Below, in pieces: positions 25,926-30,132 of a stretch of DNA of 30,132 nt. The notes under the pieces are model-generated. The model searched no databases. It worked only from the letters and a program-made list of their open reading frames with translations, and had not been told where the DNA came from. Location: IMG/VR virus record IMGVR_UViG_3300017766_003215, positions 1 to 30,132 of that record. One strand, given 5' to 3'. Numbering within the stretch: position 1 is the first letter of the stretch; every line of letters begins with the position of its first letter. This DNA is from a virus. Its lineage: Duplodnaviria; Caudoviricetes. A program made the position numbers and the translations under genes.

Positions 25926-26512
25926 CAGACACCGACCCGATCCCCGCCGCCGACCTGATCGCCGCCGCAGCCGCCGCAGCCGACCTCGGTATTCCAGCCT
26001 CCCGCAAGTCCGGTCGCAACGCTCGATGGCCCTACCTGCCCGTAGTGGTGACCACCGGCCTGAACGGGGGCACCCGCACCACCGTCATCCCCAAGCGGGC
26101 GTTCGCCACTAGCGCAGAGGCCGTGGAGTACGCCACTCGCCATATCGACTCCCTGCGCTCCTCGCTCGCTCGCACGCTCGCTGATCCCAGTGCTCGTGCC
26201 CTGCGGGAGCAGCACGGACTGCCTCGCAACCTCACCGACACCTACCTCCGCCAGCGCACGACCTCCGCCGAGACCGGGACGACCGTCGAGCTGTACGACG
26301 CTCACGACCCCGAGTCCGTCTACGACGAGGTCGGCGGGCGCTGGGTGACCACCTGCGTCGACCACGGCGACGTCGTCAACCACCCGACCCTCGAACTCGC
26401 CCATCGCTGGCTCCGTTACTCGGAGACGTGGTGCGTGGCATGCGCCGACGAGTGGGTCGACGGCGCAGCGACCACGACCGACCCGGAGGTCCAGAAGGAG
26501 AACACACCATGA
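25922..26512 (+). CDS. Hypothetical protein (C-terminal Cys/His motif)
   Basis: ATG 25922 with GGAGG; 196 aa; WVTTCVDHG...WCVAC suggests a zinc site. Confidence 0.75.
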   Translation: MTDTDPIPAADLIAAAAAAADLGIPASRKSGRNARWPYLPVVVTTGLNGGTRTTVIPKRAFATSAEAVEYATRHIDSLRSSLARTLADPSARALREQHGLPRNLTDTYLRQRTTSAETGTTVELYDAHDPESVYDEVGGRWVTTCVDHGDVVNHPTLELAHRWLRYSETWCVACADEWVDGAATTTDPEVQKENTP

Positions 26513-26655
26513 ACACCACCACCGACACCACCGAAGCGAACCGGCTCCGAGAGGAGGCCGCCGACCTGGTCGTCCGTCGCCGTGAGTCTCCGACGGACGC
26601 TTTCGTTTGCCGCCAGCGTGAGTCGGCCAACGCATGGCAGGAGGCCGACCGATGA
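26509..26655 (+). CDS. Small hypothetical protein sharing its C-terminus with 25701-25925
   Basis: AAGGAG RBS, ATG 26509, 48 aa ending RQRESANAWQEADR. Confidence 0.65.
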   Translation: MNTTTDTTEANRLREEAADLVVRRRESPTDAFVCRQRESANAWQEADR

Positions 26656-27011
26656 CCCGCCAGGAGGAAGTGCGGGAGTCGGCAGCGATCCTGCTGGACA
26701 CTCTCGGCGACGCCCAAGAGCTGCTCGACAGCGTGCGGCCGATGCTCGACCAGGTTCGCCGGTGGCCGGGCGCTCTCCACGACGGCGTCATGTGCGACCT
26801 TCTCGTCGAGGCCGACGAGCTGTTCCGGGAGGTCAACGCCATCGTCTCGGCGCTCCGAAAGCAGGTCACGAACGCCGCCCAGTTCGGGCCGGTCACGACC
26901 AGCGACGGCAGCCGAGGGTGGAAGGCGACGAAGTTGGGCTTCGCCTCTCGCATGGGCGCCACCTACCGCCTCGACCCGCTTCGCAGCGAGGAACTGGGGG
27001 AGCTGACGTGA
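26652..27011 (+). CDS. Hypothetical protein
   Basis: GGAGG RBS, ATGA overlap, 119 aa. Confidence 0.75.
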   Translation: MTRQEEVRESAAILLDTLGDAQELLDSVRPMLDQVRRWPGALHDGVMCDLLVEADELFREVNAIVSALRKQVTNAAQFGPVTTSDGSRGWKATKLGFASRMGATYRLDPLRSEELGELT

Positions 27012-27223
27012 GCCGCGCCGATCACCCCGCCGAACGGCGACGCCGGATGCGTGTCGTCGCCACCGACAACGCGCACCTCATCGAGTGGTGGGCGTGCGAA
27101 CGGGCGCAGGCCCGACGGGAAGAAGCGACCACCCGCCTCCTGCACACGCTCGCCTGGTCGGTCGCAGCCCTCACCGCGACGCTCGTGATCGTCACGCTCC
27201 TCGACGCCGTCAGGGGTGCGTGA
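27008..27223 (+). CDS. Small protein with C-terminal TM helix
   Basis: GTGA overlap; 71 aa ending LAWSVAALTATLVIVTLLDAVRGA. Confidence 0.65.
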   Translation: MSRADHPAERRRRMRVVATDNAHLIEWWACERAQARREEATTRLLHTLAWSVAALTATLVIVTLLDAVRGA

Positions 27224-27224
27224 C

Positions 27225-27509
27225 ATGGCCGCAAGGAAGGAACAGTCGTTCCAGTGGAGCCGGGAGGCCCGCCGGGTCCAGGTACTGAACGACGGCCGGA
27301 ACCTCAGGGTGTTCGACCATGAGGGCTTCGCCTGGACGCTCGGCGACACCGACGTCGACTGCGCCGAGAAGCTGCAGGCGTTCCTCGCCGACGTTCGGGA
27401 CCACGACTCCGACTGTGCCGAGCGCATCCTCGACGAGCTGCCCGAGGCGTGGCGTGAGCGTGCCGAGCGCAACCTGACGAAGGCCGACGACGACGAGGTG
27501 ATCCGGTGA
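27225..27509 (+). CDS. Hypothetical protein
   Basis: ATG 27225; 94 aa, acidic; internal DCAE repeat. Confidence 0.7.
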   Translation: MAARKEQSFQWSREARRVQVLNDGRNLRVFDHEGFAWTLGDTDVDCAEKLQAFLADVRDHDSDCAERILDELPEAWRERAERNLTKADDDEVIR

Positions 27510-27727
27510 CCGCCGGCACCCAGTACGACGTCGCCTACCTGCTGCAGCTGGAGGTGCGCCGGGTGAGCCGCCAGCGCGACCGGCTGCTCGCAGCGATCGC
27601 CGCCCACCGGGCTGCGTGCGTCGCCGACGACGCTGACGACGCCACCCAGCATGACGCCGACGTCGCCCTGTGGGAGACCGCTGCGACGTTCTGCGATCGT
27701 GACGGCGGGAACGGGGGACGGTCGTGA
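27506..27727 (+). CDS. Hypothetical protein
   Basis: GAGGTG RBS; GTGA overlaps at both ends; 73 aa. Confidence 0.7.
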   Translation: MTAGTQYDVAYLLQLEVRRVSRQRDRLLAAIAAHRAACVADDADDATQHDADVALWETAATFCDRDGGNGGRS

Positions 27728-28389
27728 GCAGCGCTGTCGTCAGGTTCAGCGTCGTCGGCACGCCGGTCCAGCAGGGCTCGAAGCGTCACGTCGGCGGTGG
27801 GCGCATGATCGAGGCCGCGAACGGGCACCGGGAGTGGCGTCACGCCGTCGCCACCGAAGCCGCAGCCGTCGCCGCCCGGCGCACCGACACGCCCCTCGAC
27901 GGGCCGCTGTGCCTCTCGGTGGCGTTCGCGTTCCCGATGCCGGCGTCCAGGCCGAAGCGCCTGCTCCGCATCGGTCGCGCCTGGAAGGTGACGGCTCCGG
28001 ACCTCGACAAGCTGATTCGCTCCGTCGGCGACGCCCTCACCGTCTCGGGTCTGATACGCGACGACGCCCGGATCGGGATGGTGATGGCGTCAAAGGTCGA
28101 GACGACCGACGCCGCCGGAGCCGACATCGCACTCTGGCCCCTCGACGCGCTCGGGGGTGACCGGGGAGCCACCGACAGCACGGCACCCGAGCGAAGTACA
28201 CGATCGACGGCTGTCGCTGCGACGACTGCCGGGACGCGTCGAGGCTGTACGAGCTGGAGCGTCGGAACGCCCTCACCCCACGCCTCGTCTCCGCTGAGCC
28301 TGCCCGACGTCACGTCCTCGAGCTCATGGCGCAGGGCCTCGGGTTCAAGCGTGTCGGCCAGCTGGCCGGGCTGTCGACGTCGACGATGA
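27724..28389 (+). CDS. rusA: RusA-family Holliday junction resolvase (probable true end 28167; reads through as sequenced)
   Basis: GTPVQQGSK, PDLDKLIRSVGDALT, DDARI motifs; the RusA-like sequence ends near codon 147. Confidence 0.88.
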   Translation: MSSAVVRFSVVGTPVQQGSKRHVGGGRMIEAANGHREWRHAVATEAAAVAARRTDTPLDGPLCLSVAFAFPMPASRPKRLLRIGRAWKVTAPDLDKLIRSVGDALTVSGLIRDDARIGMVMASKVETTDAAGADIALWPLDALGGDRGATDSTAPERSTRSTAVAATTAGTRRGCTSWSVGTPSPHASSPLSLPDVTSSSSWRRASGSSVSASWPGCRRRR

Positions 28390-29174
28390 CGGCCCTGATC
28401 TACGGCAAGCCCGGCCGGCCACCGACCAAGCGCATCAAGCCGTCGACGGCCGAGGCGATCCTGGCGGTGAGCTGGAGTGTCGACCACCTCGCCGACGGGA
28501 CGAGGATCGACGCTGCCAGCACCCACGCCAACATCGCCAAGCTCACCGCCGCCGGTGTCCCGCGTGCCCGCATCGCTGAACGTCTCGGTGTCCCGACGCT
28601 GCAGATTCGACCCGACCGCAAGCACGTCACCGCACGCACCCACCGGATCATCGCCGGCATGGCAGCCGAGCTGGACGCCGGGACGCTGGTGACGGTCCGA
28701 CGCTCACGCCACGGCGATCAAACCATCGCCCCGCCGGCAGCCGAGAAGCCCCGCCGCACGTTCGCCGAGTCCGACGAGATCGACCGGCTGTTCAACGAGC
28801 TGGCCGACGTCGTCCTGGAGCGACAGCAGCCGTGGCGTGCGCAGGCTGCGTGCCGCGGCCAGGACCGGCCGACGTGGTTGTGGTTCACGGCGCGCGGTGA
28901 CGTCCCGACGCAGGCGAGGGCCCGGCGCATCTGCACGGCGTGTCCGGTCCGCGCCGAGTGCCTCGCCTACGCCGAGTCGAAGCGTCTGCGGATCGGCATG
29001 TGGGGGGGCGTGTCGATCCACGCCCACCTGCGCCAGAACGCCCCGACCGTCGAGTGCCCCGAGTGCGGCAACGCGTTCGTCGCCCAGGGCCAGCAGAAGG
29101 TGTGCAGCGAGGAGTGCCGCCACGCCCGGCACCACCGGCAGAAGATGCTGAGCCACCAGCGGGCGGCGTCGTGA
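28326..29174 (+). CDS. HTH + WhiB + zinc-finger fusion regulator (probable true start 28164)
   Basis: WRAQAACRG...ICTACPVRAECL...GMWGG (four-Cys WhiB); two HTH-like segments upstream; C-terminal CPEC...CSEEC; frame open from 28161 encoding HGT...CRCDDC. Confidence 0.85.
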   Translation: MAQGLGFKRVGQLAGLSTSTMTALIYGKPGRPPTKRIKPSTAEAILAVSWSVDHLADGTRIDAASTHANIAKLTAAGVPRARIAERLGVPTLQIRPDRKHVTARTHRIIAGMAAELDAGTLVTVRRSRHGDQTIAPPAAEKPRRTFAESDEIDRLFNELADVVLERQQPWRAQAACRGQDRPTWLWFTARGDVPTQARARRICTACPVRAECLAYAESKRLRIGMWGGVSIHAHLRQNAPTVECPECGNAFVAQGQQKVCSEECRHARHHRQKMLSHQRAAS

Positions 29175-29635
29175 TCGTCCACGCCGAGCCGTTCCACGGC
29201 AACGAACCCGACGACAGCGTCGACGCGATCACGCACCTCCTCCAGCGTCCCGACTGGCACGCCGAGGCTGCGTGCCGCGGCCGGACCGACGTGATGTTCC
29301 CGAAGTCGAGGAACCGGTCGCAGCGGTGGGCCGAGGCGATCGCCGTATGCGACGGCTGCCCGGTGCGAACCCCGTGCGCCGAAGCCGCCGACGAGCGCCC
29401 TGAGATTCACGGCGTGTGGGGTGGCCGGCGTCGGATGCCCGAGGCCGGGAAGTTCTCCGTGATCGACCTCATGGTCGACGTCGGCGGCTGGTGGTCCGCG
29501 CCGCAGCTCGCTGAAACGACCGGCTGGACCCAGCAGATGGCTCGCAGGCGACTCCGGCAGCACCTCCTCGCCGGACGCCTGGAGTGCCGCAACGAAGGGC
29601 GCACCGTGTTCTACCGACCGACAGGAGCGAAGTGA
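29171..29635 (+). CDS. WhiB-family protein with C-terminal winged HTH
   Basis: GTG 29171; WHAEAACRG...VCDGCPVRTPC...GVWGG, then WSAPQLAETTGWTQQMARRRL...GRL...EGRTVFY. Confidence 0.85.
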   Translation: MIVHAEPFHGNEPDDSVDAITHLLQRPDWHAEAACRGRTDVMFPKSRNRSQRWAEAIAVCDGCPVRTPCAEAADERPEIHGVWGGRRRMPEAGKFSVIDLMVDVGGWWSAPQLAETTGWTQQMARRRLRQHLLAGRLECRNEGRTVFYRPTGAK

Positions 29636-30132
29636 GCAACGACCTCGAAGACCTGACCCGCGTCGAGCCCCGCCGGGACCGTTACGGGCGACCGCTGATC
29701 CTGCCGAAAGGTGGCGACAAGCCCGTCGCCTACACCCGGCCCACGACGATCGCCGACACCCTCGACGACCGGCACAACCTGGAGCTGTGGATGCAGCGCC
29801 AGGTGGCCCTCGGCCTCGCCGCCCGACCCGACCTCGTCGCCCGGATCGCCACTACCAGCCCCGACGACAAGGGCGCCCTGAACGGCATCTGCTCCGACGC
29901 ACGGGACGCCGCCGGCAGCAGCGCCGCGGCGAACATGGGGACGGCGATCCACGCTGCCGTCGAACAGGTCAACCGCGGCCACGACGCCCCGGCGATGTTC
30001 GCCGACGCGATCGCCGAGTACACCGCCGCCCTCGAACGCCACGGCCTGACCGTCAACCCGGACCACGTCGAGCAGTTCTGCGTAAACGAACCGATCCACG
30101 CCGCCGGGACGTTCGACATGATCGTCGAGCAC
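29632..30132 (+). CDS. PD-(D/E)XK (Cas4/RecE-like) exonuclease, truncated by the window end
   Basis: Not in the ORF track (no stop). AGGAG RBS, GTG 29632; translated by hand as MSNDLEDLTRVEPRRDRYGRPLI...YTRPTT...GTAIH...VEQF...AGTFD. Confidence 0.85.
   Translation, partial: MSNDLEDLTRVEPRRDRYGRPLILPKGGDKPVAYTRPTTIADTLDDRHNLELWMQRQVALGLAARPDLVARIATTSPDDKGALNGICSDARDAAGSSAAANMGTAIHAAVEQVNRGHDAPAMFADAIAEYTAALERHGLTVNPDHVEQFCVNEPIHAAGTFDMIVEH

Larger units (their letters stand above)
25829..26656. repeat. Imperfect ~95-bp direct repeat with a 47/48-bp identical core
   Basis: Copies 25829-25926 and 26562-26656; cores 25879-25926 and 26609-26656 include a GGAGG RBS and an ATGA stop/start. Confidence 0.92.
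1..30132. mobile_element. Temperate actinobacterial siphovirus or prophage (partial: packaging to early genes)
   Basis: Canonical gene order terminase-portal-protease-capsid-neck-tail-lysis-integrase/repressor-early genes; no host housekeeping genes seen. Confidence 0.97.

Noticed and set aside
25829-26656. Repeat pair as a diversity-generating retroelement TR/VR
   Set aside because: Mismatches are not adenine-specific and include an indel; there is no reverse transcriptase in the window.
29632-30132. Cas4-like gene as part of a CRISPR system
   Set aside because: No repeat-spacer array or other cas genes; stand-alone exonucleases of this type are usual in actinophage early regions.
1-30132. 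Very frequent GTCGAC/TCGA words
   Set aside because: Explained by preferred GTC/CTC/ATC + GAC/GAG codon pairs; no regular spacing suggesting a repeat system.

Overview
This is the left ~30 kb of a high-GC temperate siphovirus or prophage with an actinobacterial host (WhiB proteins, actinophage-type terminase, holin and exonuclease). The + strand carries an HK97-type head module (TerS, TerL, portal, protease, major capsid), neck genes, tail tube, a tail chaperone with a -1 slippery site, an 868-aa tape measure, minor tail proteins, a 989-aa modular fibre, a lysis cassette (membrane protein, holin, CHAP endolysin) and a metallophosphoesterase. The - strand carries a short tyrosine recombinase and an Xre repressor. 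A divergent early operon follows (small ORFs, RusA, two WhiB fusion proteins, a truncated PD-(D/E)XK exonuclease). The main oddity is four predicted glycosyltransferases of three folds (two GT-A, one CgeB-like GT-B and a probable membrane GT-C), translationally coupled inside the virion operon next to the capsid and tail tube genes. The immunity region is also unusual: the repressor ORF reads through a near-palindrome into the integrase, the two divergent transcripts share motifs, and no Cro is visible. One base at 28165 appears to destroy a shared stop/start. All calls come from reading motifs and gene order by eye; no searches were run.
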